Shown: in pieces, positions 25,916 to 40,223 of the stretch | Numbering within the stretch: the stretch's first letter is position 1 | Layout: the number at the start of each line of letters is the position of its first letter | Assembly (NCBI GenBank): GCA_026770705.1 | Contig: JANJGN010000035.1 | Span: 8,928,001-8,992,000 of the forward strand | From: Isurus oxyrinchus | Taxonomy: Eukaryota | Direction of reading: 5' to 3' | DNA: 64,000 nucleotides | Notes under the pieces: generated by a model | The model's input: only the letters and a program-made list of their open reading frames with translations | Databases searched by the model: none | What the model was told of the DNA's origin: nothing | Translations under genes and position numbers: made by a program

Positions 25916-28192
25916 TTAAAGCTCCATCATCGGGTCCGAATGGACATAGCTGCTAGAATCTGTCTGTGGCAGGCGGAGAGGGTTCCAGCAGGAGGTATTC
26001 ACGTATGTCAACTCATCCTCACCAACCTGCATGCGACAGAAGCATCCATCCATGACAGTATCGTTAGGAGTGACAACCACATAGTCATTGTGGAGATGAA
26101 GCCCCGCCTTCACATTGAGGTTATGCTCCAACGTGTTGCCTGGCACTACCACCTTGCTAATGTGATTGATTTGGAGCAGCTCTAGCAAGTAAATTCAGGG
26201 GACTCTTAAGCCACTATGGGCTATTAGCAGCAGGGGAATTGCACTCTAACACAACCTGTAAACTCATGCTCCAGCAGATCCCACACTTTACCAATAACAT
26301 CGAGTGAGGGGATCAACACTGCTTCATTGAGGAGCGCAGGGTGGCATGCCAAGAGCAGCACAAGCCGTACCTAACATAGCTAAGTGATCCACTAGCAAAC
26401 GGGTCAGATTTAAGCACTCCGCTCTTGTCACATCCAGTGGACCCTTAAACAACTCACTGGAGGAGGAGGGCCCACATCTGTCATCATCCTGAATGATAGG
26501 ACAGCCTCGCACAATAATGCAATAGATCAGAATGAAGCATTCGCTAGAAAATGAAACTAAAAGCCTCGTGTGGATGATCAATCCTGCCTCCTCTGCAGGT
26601 CCCCAACATCACAGATGTCAGTATTCTGCGAATTCGATTCACCCCACGGGATAAGAGGAAACAGCTGAAGGCACAGGATACTACAAACAATATGGGCCCT
26701 GACAAAATTCCCTGATTAGTACCGAAGGTATCTTCTCCAGAAATTGCAGCGCCCCTAGCCAAGCTGTTCCTGTACAGCTACAACACTGGCATCAACCTAG
26801 CTATCCGGAGAATTACCTTTGAATGTCTGGTGCACAATAAGCAGGACAAATCGAAACGGCCAGTTGCAGTCCCATCAGTCCTCCCTCGATTGTCAGAAAT
26901 GTAATGGAATGCGTCCACAAAAGTACTACTAAGTGACACTTGTTGCACAATTTGCTGTTCACTGATGCCCAGTTTGTGTTCCACCATGGCCACTTAGCTC
27001 CTTACCTCATTACATCGTTGTTTCACAAATGTAAAAACTAACTGATCTCTCGAGGTGAGTTGAGAGCTGTAGTCCTTGATATCAGGGCAGCATTTGAACA
27101 AATATGGCATCAATGAGCCCGAGAAAAACTGTAACCAATAAGAATCAGGGTGAAAACACTTCACTAGATGGAGTCATACCTTGCATAAAAGAAGATGGTT
27201 GTGGCTCTTGCAGGACAATCACTTAAGCGCCAGTAGATAACAGCAGGAATTTCTGAGGCTAATGTCCTAGGCCCAACCATCTTCAGCTGCTTCATCAAAG
27301 AGCATCCTTCCATAATAATGTCAGAATTGGGGATGTTCGCTCTTGGATGCACGATGTTCAGCACGATTCCCAACTCGTCAGCTACTGAAGCAGTTCATAT
27401 CCAAAAGCAGCAAGAGCTGCCCAATATCCAGGCTTTGTCTGACAAGTGGCAAGAAACATTTTCACCACACAAGTTTTGGTAATGACCATCTCCAATTGTT
27501 TAAAATCCAAAAATCTCCCCTTGTTGTTCAATTGTACTATCATCACTATCAACCTCCTGGGAGCTATCATTGGCCGGAGACTTAACTCAATAGCTGTATA
27601 AATATTACAGCTACAGGAGCAGCGCAGAAGTGTCAAATTGTGCATCAAGTAACTCACCTCCAGACTCCCCAAAGCCTGTGCGCCATCCAGAAATTTCAGG
27701 TCAGGTGTGTGATGGAATAATCACCACTTGCCTGTATAAGTGTACCTCCCACAACACAGAGGAAACTGGACAGGACAAAACAACACGCTTCTTTCGCACC
27801 ACTGCCACAACAATGAGCTCCCTACACACCCGACATACATTTGCAACAGAAATCTACAATGAATTCACCAAGGCTACTTCAAGAGCACCTTGCATATCCA
27901 CCAGATCTACCATCCAGAAGGACAGAATATAGATAGGCAGCAACTGCTTGTGGAAACCATTACCTGTATATACCCCGCCAAGTAACTCACCATCCTGACT
28001 GAAATATATATCGCTGTTCCTTCACTGTCTTTGGGGGAAAGAACTCCTCGAACTCCATTCTCAACAGCAATGTGAACTGCAGCGGTTCAAGACGGAGTTC
28101 ATATTCACCTTCTCAAGGGAAACTGGGGATGTGCAATAAAAATGCTGGCCTAGTCAGCGAAGCCCACACCCAGTGACCGAATAAAGAGAAAA
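25916..28192 (+). mobile_element. LINE-B (EN C-terminus, RT, 3' tail) nested in CR1
   Basis: SIVRSDNHIV (EN), GPDKIP, and VLGPTIFSCFI-like RT motifs, plus the tail aatgctggcctagtcagcgaagcccacacc. Confidence 0.88.
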
Positions 28193-30370
28193 ACAGTGGC
28201 ACCCCCGATGTTTGAAACACTCCCAACCTTCACATGATTCGGAAAAGTTGAAATTTTGCCCTGCAGATCAAGGTCTGGATTATAAATATGTATCAGGAAA
28301 AGCAATGGTCCCAATAACGAACCCTGGTGCACTACACCATAATCTTTCCTCCAGCCAGACAAAGCAGCTGACCATTGCACTCTGCATGCTATATATAGCC
28401 CAGTTCATTTTAAGATTGCCACTGTCCATTTTATTGTATGAGGAAAAATTATTTCTCACACTCTTTGGTGTGACTCTGTATCCAAAGCCTTTAGCAATTA
28501 TTTGCACACAGCATCAACAGCATGACCCGTCGAATTTTTCAGTTACCTCTTCAGAAAACAGCAGCATGTTTGTTAAACACTATTCCCCCTTTATAAGTCC
28601 ATGCGGGCACTTCATTTTCAAACAGATTTATCCCCATTGTGTCCCGATTAATTACTTCAAGAATGTTGCCCACCCCTGAAGATAATTTCATTGGCCTGTT
28701 ATTTCAGAGCTTTTCCCTACAACACTTTTAAACAAGGGGTATTTTTTTTTTTCAATTCTCCAGCCCTCTGGCAACTCCACAGAATGTAGCGATGATTCAA
28801 TGTTTATGGTCAGTGTCCCTACAATTTTCGCGCCCACTTCCCTCGATATCGTTGTTCCCATCTCAATCGCCTGCTGCCTTGTCAGTCTATTCAACACTTA
28901 CTCCTTATCAATTTTGAACTCTTATATGCCAGAGTTTCCTCGCTTGTCACCGTGGCTTGGCTAATATCTAAATTATTGGGAAGGACAGATGAAGATTACT
29001 TTTTTGATACCGCAGAAATGTCTCCTTCTTCTATCGCAATTTTCATTTAAATCGCTCATCCGCGCTTTTCCTCCTTTTACCACTCTATTACTATTTTTAT
29101 TCCTCCATATTTTTTTTTAGAATTCCCCGTCATGTTGGCTGCCAATCATTTCTCATTTTCCCCCTTCACTTCTCCAATATGCGTTTTCACGACGGCCCTT
29201 CACTTTGGCTCTGAGTTTTATTTTGTACCTGACACATGTCTTAAGTGCGCGTTTTCTTCTTTAAAATAAATTGAATCTCCTTTTTCATCCATGAAACTCT
29301 ATTTGTTTTCCTTTACGTTTTCGATGGAATATAACATGCCTGTGCCCAAACCAATACTTTTTTCAAGCTATCCCATTGTTGAGAGACACATCTTTGTTTC
29401 AAACTGTCCTTTCAGTGTATCTGGATCCGTATTGTTCTTGCCCCATCAACGTCGGCTCTCGTCCACTTAATTGTTTTCACGCTGCATGGCCTACCGTCCA
29501 TTTTTGTCATCATCTAAAAATGTACATTACATTGTTCATGTTTCCTAAATGTTCCCCCACTGACACTTCATCTACAGTGCCCATCACATTACTTAAAACC
29601 AGGTCCACGTCTTATGTTGTTTTATTGGACACCTTACTGCTGTATATAATTCTGCTCAACACAATCTAGGAGCTGTTGCCCCACTCTGCAATTTATGCTA
29701 CCCCAGTCTATATTATTGTAAATAAAATCAATCATTATAACCAACCTATTATGTTTGTATCTCTCTGAGTTTTCCATGCAAACATGGGCTTCTATGTCCT
29801 TCTCACTATCTGGCGGCCTTTTGACTACACTGGGCGATGTTTTTCATACGTCTTCCCCATTAACTCCAGCCAAAATTATTTTATCCTTGAATCTTCTGAG
29901 ATAGCCTTTATCGTCAGCACTGCATAGCTCTCCTTTAGCAACGCTGCCACTTTTAGTCCTCTCGGTCCTTTCCTGTCTTCTCTGTACACAGTGTAAACAT
30001 GAATATTCAACACGCAGTTCTGAGCTTCCATGAACCTGGTCTCTGTTAGCGCCACAACTCATATTTTCACATGACAACCTGCGCTTGTAAATCCCCAAAC
30101 TATTTAGTATACTTGGTGCACTCAAATACATGCATATAAGCCAAGTTATATGTATATATTTTTTAGTCTCCCTTACCCCAGCATTATTTATTACTGTACT
30201 ATACTATATATTGGTGCAATCTGTCTGGCCCAGGATTGTTTGCACCCTGGTATTCCTCTCTAATGTTTCCACTTGTTCCCAACACCCCTACTGAGTTATT
30301 TTACAGCCCTCCAAACAGCAACGGCGAAAGACCCCGCAAGAAAATCCGCCCAACACTGTTTAGAGGCAAA

Positions 30371-32837
30371 AACAAAAACAGAATTACCTGGAAAAAAATG
30401 ACTCAGCAAATGAATTAGTTTCCTACCCTTACGCCCTCACGTCAATTAATTTTGGGCTCGGCACAATGCTGAACTCTTTCTCCGCTGTCTTTGTCTCCAT
30501 GCTCATTTCTTTGTGCAGGAGTCCTCTCCCTGTTCAACTCATCCTTTATCCCACCTCCAATATTCTCCCTCTACGTGGACCCCTCCCTCTGGATTCTTAA
30601 CTTCTCTTGATCTTTTCATTGACGACTGTCGACGTGACATTAGTCCTTGCAATTTGTCTGCTCCTCTCACCCATTCTAATGTATCTCTCTCTGAACATTC
30701 TGCACTCCGTTCTCTCAGGTCTAACCCCAATATTGTCATCAAACCCGATGACAAGGGTGGTGTTGTTGGTGTCTGGCGCACTGACCTCTAACTCACGGAG
30801 GCTGAGCGTCAACTCGCAGACACTTCCTCCTGCCTCTCCCTGGACCATGACCCCACCATGAACATCAAGCGATTGTTTCCAGGACTGTCACTGACCTAAT
30901 CTTCCCTAGAGATCTTCCTCCCACAGCTTCTAACCCGCTAGTTGCCCAACCTTGGACGGCCCTCTTCTACCTCCTACCCAAAATCCACAAACAGAACTGT
31001 CCTGGTAGAACGATTGTGTCAGCCTGTTGCTGCCCCACCGAACTCATTTCTCAATATCTTGACTCCCTTCTCTCTCCCTTATCCAGTCCCTTCCCAAGTA
31101 CATCCGTGATTCCTCTGACACCTTACATCACACCAAAAATTTCCAGTTCCCTGGCCACAACCGTTTCCTCTTCACCATAGGCATCCAATCGCTCTACACC
31201 TCCACCCCTCACCAGAACGATCTGATGGCCTTTAGATTCTTCCTTGAACAGAGACCCGAACAATCCCCTTCCAACCACTACTCTCCTCCGTCTGGCTGAA
31301 ACTGTTCTCACACGGAACAATTCTCCTTCAACTCCTCTCACTTCCTCCAAATAAAGGTTGTGGCTATGGGAACCCCCATGGGCCCCAGCTACGCCTGTCT
31401 CTTTATGGGGTACGTGGAACATTCCTTGATCCAGTCCTACTCTGGCCCCATCCCACAGCTCTTAATTCGTTACATTGATGACGACTTCGGTGCTGCTTCA
31501 TGCTCTCGTTGGGACTTGGAAAAAATTATTAAATTTGCATCCAATCTCCACCCTTCCATCAATTTCACTTGGTCCATCTCTGACACTTCACTTCCCTTCC
31601 TTGACCTCTCTGTCTCAATTTCAGGTGATAGACTGTTCACCAATATCCTTCACAAGCCTACCAACTCCCACAGCTACCTCGACTACAGCTCCTCACACGC
31701 CGCCTCTTGGAAGGAATCCATCCCATTCTCTCAGTTCCTTCGCCTCCGTCGCATCTTTTCTGATGATGCTACTTTCAAAAACAGTTCCTGTTACGTATCT
31801 GCCTTCTTCCTTAACAAAGGTATTCCACACACGGTCATTGACAGGGCCGTCATCCATCTGCGGCCCATCTCTTGCGCATGCGCCTTCATGCCTTCTCCTC
31901 CCTCCCAGAAACATTTTGGTGTCCCCCTTGTCCTCACTTATTACCCTAGCAGCCTCCGCATTCAAAGGATCAATCTCCGCCATTTCCGCCAAATACAGCA
32001 TGATGCCACCACCAAACACATCTTCGCTTCACCACCAACCCCCCCCCCCCCCCCCCCCCCGCCTGGCGGCATTCTATAGGGATCATTCCGTCTGGAACAC
32101 CCTGGTCCATTTCTCCATCAACCCCTGCCATGGCACCTTCCAATGCCCAAGCAAAAGATGCAATACCTGCCCCTTCACTTCCTCTCTCCTCACCGCCCAA
32201 GGGCCCCAGCACTGCTTTCAAGTGAAGCAGCATTTCACTTGCATTTCCCCCAACTTAGTCTACTGCATTCATTGCTCCCAATGTAGTGTCCTCTGTACCA
32301 AATTTACATCTTGAACGTGCTCTTCCATCCACACCCCCTTTCCGTTTCTTCCCCCTTCCTTTTGTTTATTTCCAATAATTTATCTAGACTTTTCTTCTGC
32401 CACATATTTCGACTACTTTTAAATCTTGTATGCCCTGCTAGTCTTTCCACTTCACCCCCACTTGAGCTGAACCTTGAGTGCCCTGCCATCCTTTCTTAAT
32501 TAGCACATTCGTTTAGATAATATCATCACCTTCAACACTTCTTTGTTCCTGTGTCTGTGACATCTTTTGGCTATCTGCTCCTATCACTGCTTGCTTGTCC
32601 CTACAACCACGCCACCACCCCCCACTTCTCTCCCGCACCCCCCCCCTCCCCCAACCTTGAACCAGCTAATATTTCACACTTCTTCTAATATTCACTTAGT
32701 CCTGTCAAAGGGTCATGAGGACTCGAAACATCAACTCATGTGTTCTCCGCCAATGCTGCTGGACCTGCTGTATTTTTACAGGTAATTCTGTTTTTGTTTT
32801 GGATTTCCAGCATCAGCAGTTTTTTTTTTGTTTTTAT
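30371..32837 (+). mobile_element. Penelope-like element (RT, partial GIY-YIG, 3' pseudo-LTR) with a target-site duplication
   Basis: IKPDDKGG; AMGTPMGPSYACLFMG; RYIDD; LPFLD; CNTC...FTCISPNLVYCIHCSQC. Flanks are cactgtttagaggcaaa (30354-30370) and cactgtttagatgcaaa (32838-32854). Confidence 0.93.
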
Positions 32838-34299
32838 CACTGTTTAGATGCAAACCTTCCGACTTGTATAAGGCCATTCTCAGTGTTCCAGAAATCAGAA
32901 CCCGTCCATGTTTCATAAACTTTGCAGCCACTCGTTCATTTGCCATATCCTCTGAATTCTGTACACACTGTCACGTGGCAGTGGCAGTAAGCCGGTGACT
33001 ACTACATTTGAGGTTCTGTGCGCGAAATATCTTCCTGGTTCCGGAGAATATGAATCCAGGACCAAATCCCCCTTCCTACATAAGTATGTGGCTCCATTGT
33101 GGACCACAACATAGGCTGAAAACCCCCTGCTGAAGTACTGCCTTGCAGCCGCTCCATGGCATTCTTTACCTTGGCAGCAGGGAGGCAAAATTACACCTTG
33201 GAGTCATGCTTACGGCCAGAGAAACATATTTCTGTTCTATTAACCAATGAATCCACTATCATTAATGTTCTTCATTTCTTCTGGCTCACCTCCCATAAGG
33301 CATTCCGTTTGGGGAGAAGGTGAGGATGTGGTTCCCTTACTGCAGTGCAGTCAGACCCAAGTTTGTGGCAACACGAGCTGGCTTTCCATTTTGGAAGAGT
33401 GGCTCACTCATGTTGCCACAAATTTGCGTCTGTCTGCACTGCCCTAAGGATCCCGCACATTCTTTGCCTTCCAAAACGGGAATCCGATTTTTGAACGGAT
33501 CCCAAGGCACGACCTGCCCACTTATTTTTGGGCAGCCTGGTGGTCATCCATTATGTCCCAGTCTCCAGGCGCTTCATACTCAGTTCAATTGCAATGTTCT
33601 AGTTAACATGAATTGAGATTTATAATCTGCAGCTGGCAAAACTGTCTGTTTTGTCCTCCGTCTCACGTAACACTGTCCCAGATATGTAGGATAATTGAAA
33701 ATGCAACGTAACCCAAAATTATTTGGAATATCTATTGCTTTTAGACGGGATGGTTCACACATATTAATCTCAGTATGCTTGCCTTTTTTATTTACAAACT
33801 CCAGCATATGGTTCCCTGCTGTGGCAGCGTCTTCTTTATGCACTTAATTTAAATATCTGGATCTGAAACATTATCAAACAAATAATTGCAAGCACCTGGC
33901 GAACTGAAAGTCTTTGCCTTCTAATTGACGAGTCAGTGACTACATGCAGGTGCTGAGCTTTGTGAGCTAGCGGCTTGTGCATTAATTGCCTGAACTCACT
34001 CTATCCTGAATAATCTCGATATAATATAACTGTCAATTACTTCCATCTGCCAGCAGCACAGATGTTCCACTTTGAAGATTAAACAATGTTACTCAACATT
34101 GAGCGATGGTGCTGTTGTGGGGTGGCTGGTGGTGGGTGCTGGTTGTAGTAAGTTGGGGATATAGGGTGTGGCAGTTCTGGTAATGAAGACGAAGCAAGGT
34201 GCTCAGAAAAGTGATATACTCGAGCCCAATAAAATAATTAGCGAAGAGCAAATGTGTGAATGATGGTGAAGTACTGTAAACACTGTGGCATTATGACCA

Positions 34300-37200
34300 C
34301 AGCTGGTGTTATGTGCTGAACAAGCCAAGTCCCAAATGAAAACTTGTCTTACTTATCATAAATTTCTTTTGTAGTTTGAAAACAAAGGAACGAACAATTG
34401 ATCCGAAAATCATAGATTTCCAGCAAAACGTTTAAATTTCTAAACCTATTAGAACTAAGAAAACATATTGCAGCAGAAAAGATTAAATTACACACTTGAA
34501 AAAAATCATTACCACTCCCGCCACCACCCCGGTCGCCCAACCCCCTCCCCGCATCAACCAATCTCCATCGCCCCTTCCCCCTGCCCCCCCCCCCCCCCCC
34601 CCCCGCCCCCCCAATAACATAAAAAAAACACTTGGTAGCCACAAGGTTTTAAACTACCTGGTAATCTGCCTGGCAACGGCTCCCTTATAGATTGTGAACA
34701 ATAAAAACCCATCAGCATTATCCAAGGCAAAACTTGGCTAAAAGGTATAGCAAATGACTTTTTAATCTCTTCCAATCAACTGTGGAAATTGAAAAGTGTT
34801 CAGAAGTAAAGCTGAATGAAAACAAGTATGTTTTTTTTCGCCTTGAAAGCGGATGACTCCTTAAAATTCAGTTTTTTTTTCGGCAGAGAGATGATCTCCG
34901 GCCGTCAACCACACACAGCCACACAACTCAGCTCAACATCTTTCCTTAAATGTAATCTCCGCCCTACTTCTTGGATTCTGATATTCACAACACCTCTTTG
35001 AGCTCAACGTTTTTCAAAGGATAACAATGCTTAATGCCACTTTTGGAATAATAAAATTTAATATTTTTCCTATTTAAATTTATGAAACATTTGAATTTTG
35101 CAAAAGTCCATTTTGAAAGCTAACAGCTCAAAAGTCAAGCCTCTTCCTGTCACGGTAATAAAAGTTTAAAAAACAAGCTATTTACTTGGAAATCTAATCC
35201 ACCAGATCCTCTCCACAATAATGCATGCAACCAATAGCTATACCTTTCTTTCCTTAGTTCCAACAAAACCGCTGTCTTACTAGCCTTCCACCAGTTTAAT
35301 TAATCATGGACAGGCACCCACACACACACGGATACGCATACACTGCAGCCTTCACAGAATTTCACCATTTTCCTCAAAATATTAAACAAATATCATTTTG
35401 TAAGATACATTTAAATTTGCCCTAGTTAGCTCACATGCCCTACAGAATCTTTCTCTCGAATTTTCCTCTTAACCTAGAAGAACTGTTTCAGAACTTTGTT
35501 TTACTATGTTTCCTGAATGAGTTTGAGTGCCCCCCTTAGGTCCTCACCATACGTTGACTCGAAAGTAATGAACTCTGCTGACTCAGAGTGCCTAATGGCA
35601 AACATGAATAATCGAACACATCATGTTGAATCATTTGGACAGTCTTGACTATTTGCTCTATTCCTAGTCTTTAAAATGTGATGCCACTTTTCTAAAGCAC
35701 CTTGTGACACTAAGTGACAGGCTGACGACCTACATTGCTTTAATCATAGGCTGTTCATTACATATTTAAACATCTATCACATAAAATTTGAACACTGATC
35801 CGACGGGAAAATTTTGACAACCTCTAATTGTCTAAAATTTTCGGCCTTCACTCTAACCAACCTTTTGAATTATCCCGTAAATGTGTTGCATCTGGTAACT
35901 TTTTGGGCGTATCAATGATTATCAGTAAATATTGATACGCACTTCTCACATTTTGGGGCTGATCCTGCACAATTCATGGGGAAGCTTCCAAAAGGTTCAT
36001 GAAGCGCTGACTTGGAATTAGGTAAGCTTTAAGTTAGGCTACAAGTTTTACTATTAATTGACATGTGTGCCATGGTTGACAGCATTTAATCATCTTTATG
36101 CATTTCAGGAAATAAAACTAATAAATGTTAGTGCATTATTTTCATAATTCCCACATGCCCAAACATTAGATTTTCACGAGCCACACTTACAAGTTCATTC
36201 GGGTGCATTCAGATAACCCCACTTGTTACACTTTGGCCTACATTTCATCTTCTGAGAGGTTAGGCACTATTCGCATCAAATTTAAAATATTTTCTTAAAG
36301 GTAAGAACAATTTGGAATGTGTTCTCCCTCTGTTTCTGAATATCCAGTATTATATAATGTTATTACTAATTAAGTCTGGATCGTGCTGCAGTAATTTCAC
36401 TAACATCAATGAACTTAGCTCCTTAGCCTTATCTTCATTAACCTTCTCTTTCTGACGAACAGTATTCAAATATTGGTCCAGACAACAGAGGCCCAGAACA
36501 AAAACAGAATTACCTGGAAAACCTCAGCAGGTTTGGCAGCATCGGCGGAGAAGAAACGAGATGATGTTTCGAGTCCTTATGACCCTTCGATGATGCTGCC
36601 AGACCTGCTGAGTTTTTCCGGGTACTTCTGTTTTTGTTTTGGATTTCTAGCATCTGCAGGTTTTTTTTTGTTTTTAACAGAGGCCCAGTACGTCCCTTTT
36701 CTTTTATATTCATTGTCTTGCTGTTTCAGCCTCTGTGTCTGTCAACTCGACACCGTAAAATCTGGAAATAATCCTGTATATGCTTTCTGATGAATGCATC
36801 ACGACAAGTTCCCCTCTTTAGCAGGGGTAGTCAATGTATGCATCTCAAAATTTTATTTCCTGGATTAAATGGTCAAGTTATTGACCGCTCCATCAAATCA
36901 ACTCTCTTGTGTCAATTTGATTCTTATACTTTACATTATGTAACGAAATTGGTTTGATTCGGATGTGAAATAAACTAACTAACACTTTTCCTGCAACAAG
37001 CCTTCTGAACAGTAGGTAGCATAAGATACATGACTGGATAGTTCCTGCTTTTCCTTCGATCTTAGCAGTCTTTCCTGCTCTTCCTGGAACACACTGTTAA
37101 AATTTACCTTTCAATATAAAATCGTGAAATACCTCTGTTACTTGCCATTCAGAACACCCTGGACTAGTATATGAGCATAATCCGATTTCTCAGGCTAATG

Positions 37201-37900
37201 ACTCTTCCTTATTCACTTGTAAAAACGTGATTGGCTTGTCTTGCATTTGGTTCTCATCGCCTATAGCACTTTACCCGCAGTAGCCTCCTGAGTTCATATC
37301 ACTGCAACTGTCCCATTTAACTGCGAACAGTTTGATTTTGTATGTCCAGACTTGCTACAATGCTGACATATTACTTACCTTAGTTCACCTTTGTCTTATA
37401 TATATCCATCTTTAACAGATGGCAATCCTCCAACAGGCGCTTTGTTACTTACCTTTTGCAATACCTACGATTCTTGCTGCCTCCCATTTCTTCGTTTTCC
37501 TTCACTCAGTAGTCTGTTTGAAACATTTAACTATTGCCTTTAATAGCTGCCTCTCCAATCTTTTAACTGTCTCCAACATCCAAATATGCCGTGAAAGGGT
37601 TAGGCGCCTGGATGGCAGCTGTGCACAGTTATTCCTCGACCCACTGTTCCACAGTTCGTTACACAATTTTACCTACAAAATTGTCCCTTTTTTAACAATC
37701 ATGTCTTTATTCCGAAGATGAAGTGACTGGGATCTTTCTTCTTTCAGTAAACACAAAAGAACTGTTTCTTTATTATAAAACATTTCCAAATACAAGTTAA
37801 TAAACTGATTTACAGACAATCCGTGGTTTAGAATTGCAAGGATTTTCCCCTTTTGAAAGAAGCTCATATTCCAGCATCATACACTGTCACATGACACAAA
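34300..37900 (-). mobile_element. Decayed Gypsy (Gmr1-like) LTR retrotransposon: gag and integrase remnants
   Basis: Minus strand reads CQPWHTCQ (integrase zinc finger) near 36070 and HEPFGSFPMNCAGSAPK/YQYLLIIID near 35900-36010. A gag-like region lies at 37100-37700. Confidence 0.7.
36497..36675. mobile_element. 179-bp fold-back Penelope-tail insertion with a perfect 13-bp TSD
   Basis: aacagaggcccag occurs at 36484-36496 and 36676-36688. The internal arms are reverse complements of each other. Confidence 0.9.
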
Positions 37901-38940
37901 ATAAGAAAACTCTTCCCAACTTCCTTGACCACTTCCAAGAGCCCAGCTATTACTTCTGGAATGATACATTCTCATAGCATCCCCACAACAGATGTCAAGC
38001 TAACTAGCCTATAGTTTCTTGCTTTCTGCCTGTGTTCCATCTTGAACAGAGGGTTTATATTTGCCATCGTCCAATCTGATGGCATGTTTCCAGATTCTAG
38101 CGAATTTTGGAAAATTAGCACCAGCAGATCGGCTACCTCATTAGCTGCTTCTTTTAGTACCCTAGAATGTAATCTATCGGGACCCGCAGAGTTACCAGCC
38201 TGCAGCTCCATCAATGTGTTTAGTACCTTTCCCTGAGCGATTTCAATTTCACCAACTTGATTTCTGCAGTTCAGCTCCTGATTGGCAGCTAATATTTGTA
38301 TGTGTTTTATTTTATCCTCCACAATGAAACCTTAAGCAAAATATTTGTTCATTTCTTCTGTCATTTCCTTCTTATCTACTATTATCTCCATGTGGTCACT
38401 CTCAAGTGGAAGGATGCACACTTTACATCCTCTTTTCCTTGTTTAATGCCTACAGAAGCACTTCCTATCAGTTTTTACATGTGTAGCTAACTTCCTCTCA
38501 TATTACAAATTATTTTTCCTGATTAACCTTTTAGTAATGATCTGCCATTATTTATATTCTGTCCAATCATCTGTCCTGCCACTTAGCTTTGCAGAATTGT
38601 TTGATTTTTTCCTTACGTTTGACGCTTCCCTTACTATGCTTAGTTAACCACCACATGGTGGGTTCATTTGTCATTATTTTCTTCTTTATAGTTGAAATGT
38701 ACTTTCCCGAAATAACCCGAAGTATCCCAATAATTGTCTGCCAATGCTTCTCTATTGATCAGTCCTCTAAGCTAGTTATGCTGTTCACTTCAGCTAGATT
38801 AGCGATCTCCCCAACATAGTTGTCCTTACTAAACATTAAACTCTGGACTTAGACCCACAGCTCCGCTTCGAAATCTGTAAATTTTAATCATATTGTGGTC
38901 ACAGCGACTAGGGGTGCCTTTACCCTGAAGTCATTAATTA
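37900..38940 (-). mobile_element. CR1 ORF2 fragment
   Basis: SAGPDRLHSRVLKE...NYRLVSLTSVVG. Confidence 0.88.
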
Positions 38941-38944
38941 ACGC

Positions 38945-39570
38945 CCATGTTTGAAATGATTCCGTGAGTCTTCATGGCGTTCGGACTCAATGTTAAGTGC
39001 TCGCAGAGCAATTCCCTGCCGACTGCATTCCACTGAGACGCAACCTCTGCTTCGTGTGGCCTGCAGCGGGGCCAGACACCGGAATGGTGATGGTGGTGTC
39101 TGGGACAGGCTATTTCAGGTATAATACTTGAAGATTCCAATGGCAGGCTGTTGCCTAACAAATCGGTGAGAGAACGCTGCATGTTCCTCTCTCAAGTTTT
39201 TGTATGGAGGACCTTGATGGGTCGACAGGGCTGCGATTGCCATTGTCATTCGCAGTGCCTAGTTCGATGCCACGGGATCCTTCTGCTTTCTTTCATTTTT
39301 TGCAAGTTTATAGCAATGAATTGCATGCCAGGCCATTTCAGAGCCAACCACGTTGAGGTAGGTCTGAAGTCATTTGTAGGCCAGACCACGCAATGAAGGC
39401 AGGTTTCGTTCCCAAACAGGCATTATTGAATCAGTTGTTTTTTTTTATTACAAAAACGTTATTTTTTAACTTAAATTACTAATGCACCATTGGGATTCGA
39501 ATACTGTCACCAACATACGTATTTTGTACTTCTGGCTATTTATTCATTGACAATACTCCAGACGTCAAAA
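38945..39570 (-). mobile_element. LINE-B 5' end (tRNA-like head, body and EN start)
   Basis: On the minus strand: B-box-like ttcgaatccc near 39495, the short-element body, ccctgtcgaccc, then caacagcctg (EN start). Confidence 0.65.
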
Positions 39571-39599
39571 AGTCCATGCCTGTGCTGTACATCTTTACC

Positions 39600-39790
39600 T
39601 ACATATTATTCAATATTTGCAACACATCAATCTTCTGGTCTACACGTTTTGTCTGATTATCGTGTGCCATCTTACTTATGGTCCTAAAATATGAGGATAC
39701 ACTCCATCAGGATTAAAGGTTTTATGAACCCTGGCTTTAATTATTTTTATAATACTGATAGCATTTAAATTATAAGTGGTTCTAACTTTT
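39600..39790 (+). pseudogene. Degenerate CARD-like exon, half A
   Basis: Reads LHVLSDYRV/LMVLKYEDTLHQD. Confidence 0.45.
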
Positions 39791-40223
39791 TTTTTATCTA
39801 TTATACTTATACACTTTTTTCCTGATCCGCCCTTTTGCAAAATAGTGAAGTATAACATTGATCAAATGTATAAACATGTTTAACTTTTCGATTCGACCCC
39901 CGTAATCATAACCTTACCATGAAATGGTAACGCAAATTCCTTCCAAATATTCCTTTTTTGTTCAGTCTGCAGCAGAATTTAAAATTCTATTTCTGTTCCT
40001 TGATAAGTATTTTCATGCTCCCTCTTTCCCTTATGACTTGCATTTTTACATATAATTCTCAGCATTTTTGCATTTCCACTGTCATGCAGTCCGCTGTGCT
40101 GACGAAACGTATAACAAATATATCCTAACTCGTCATGTCTCCCGGGTGCTTAATTTTACTGTGCCACATTCATGTTTAATACTAACAGTTTTGATGTAAT
40201 ATGTTGTTATCTAACGCTTTTAG

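Larger units (their letters stand above)
25058..34000 (-). mobile_element. Full-length decayed CR1, split by LINE-B and Penelope insertions
   Basis: 3' end (VWNALPGRVVE) at 25060-25910; RT (QGSLLGPLLFLIHI) from 28200; EN to ~30130; ORF1 esterase (VVVTGLLPLPR...QMNEWLQ) at 32855-33500. Confidence 0.85.

Noticed and set aside
31360-32314. Longest ORFs in the track (239 and 279 aa) as host genes
   Set aside because: They are overlapping frames of the Penelope RT and GIY-YIG region.
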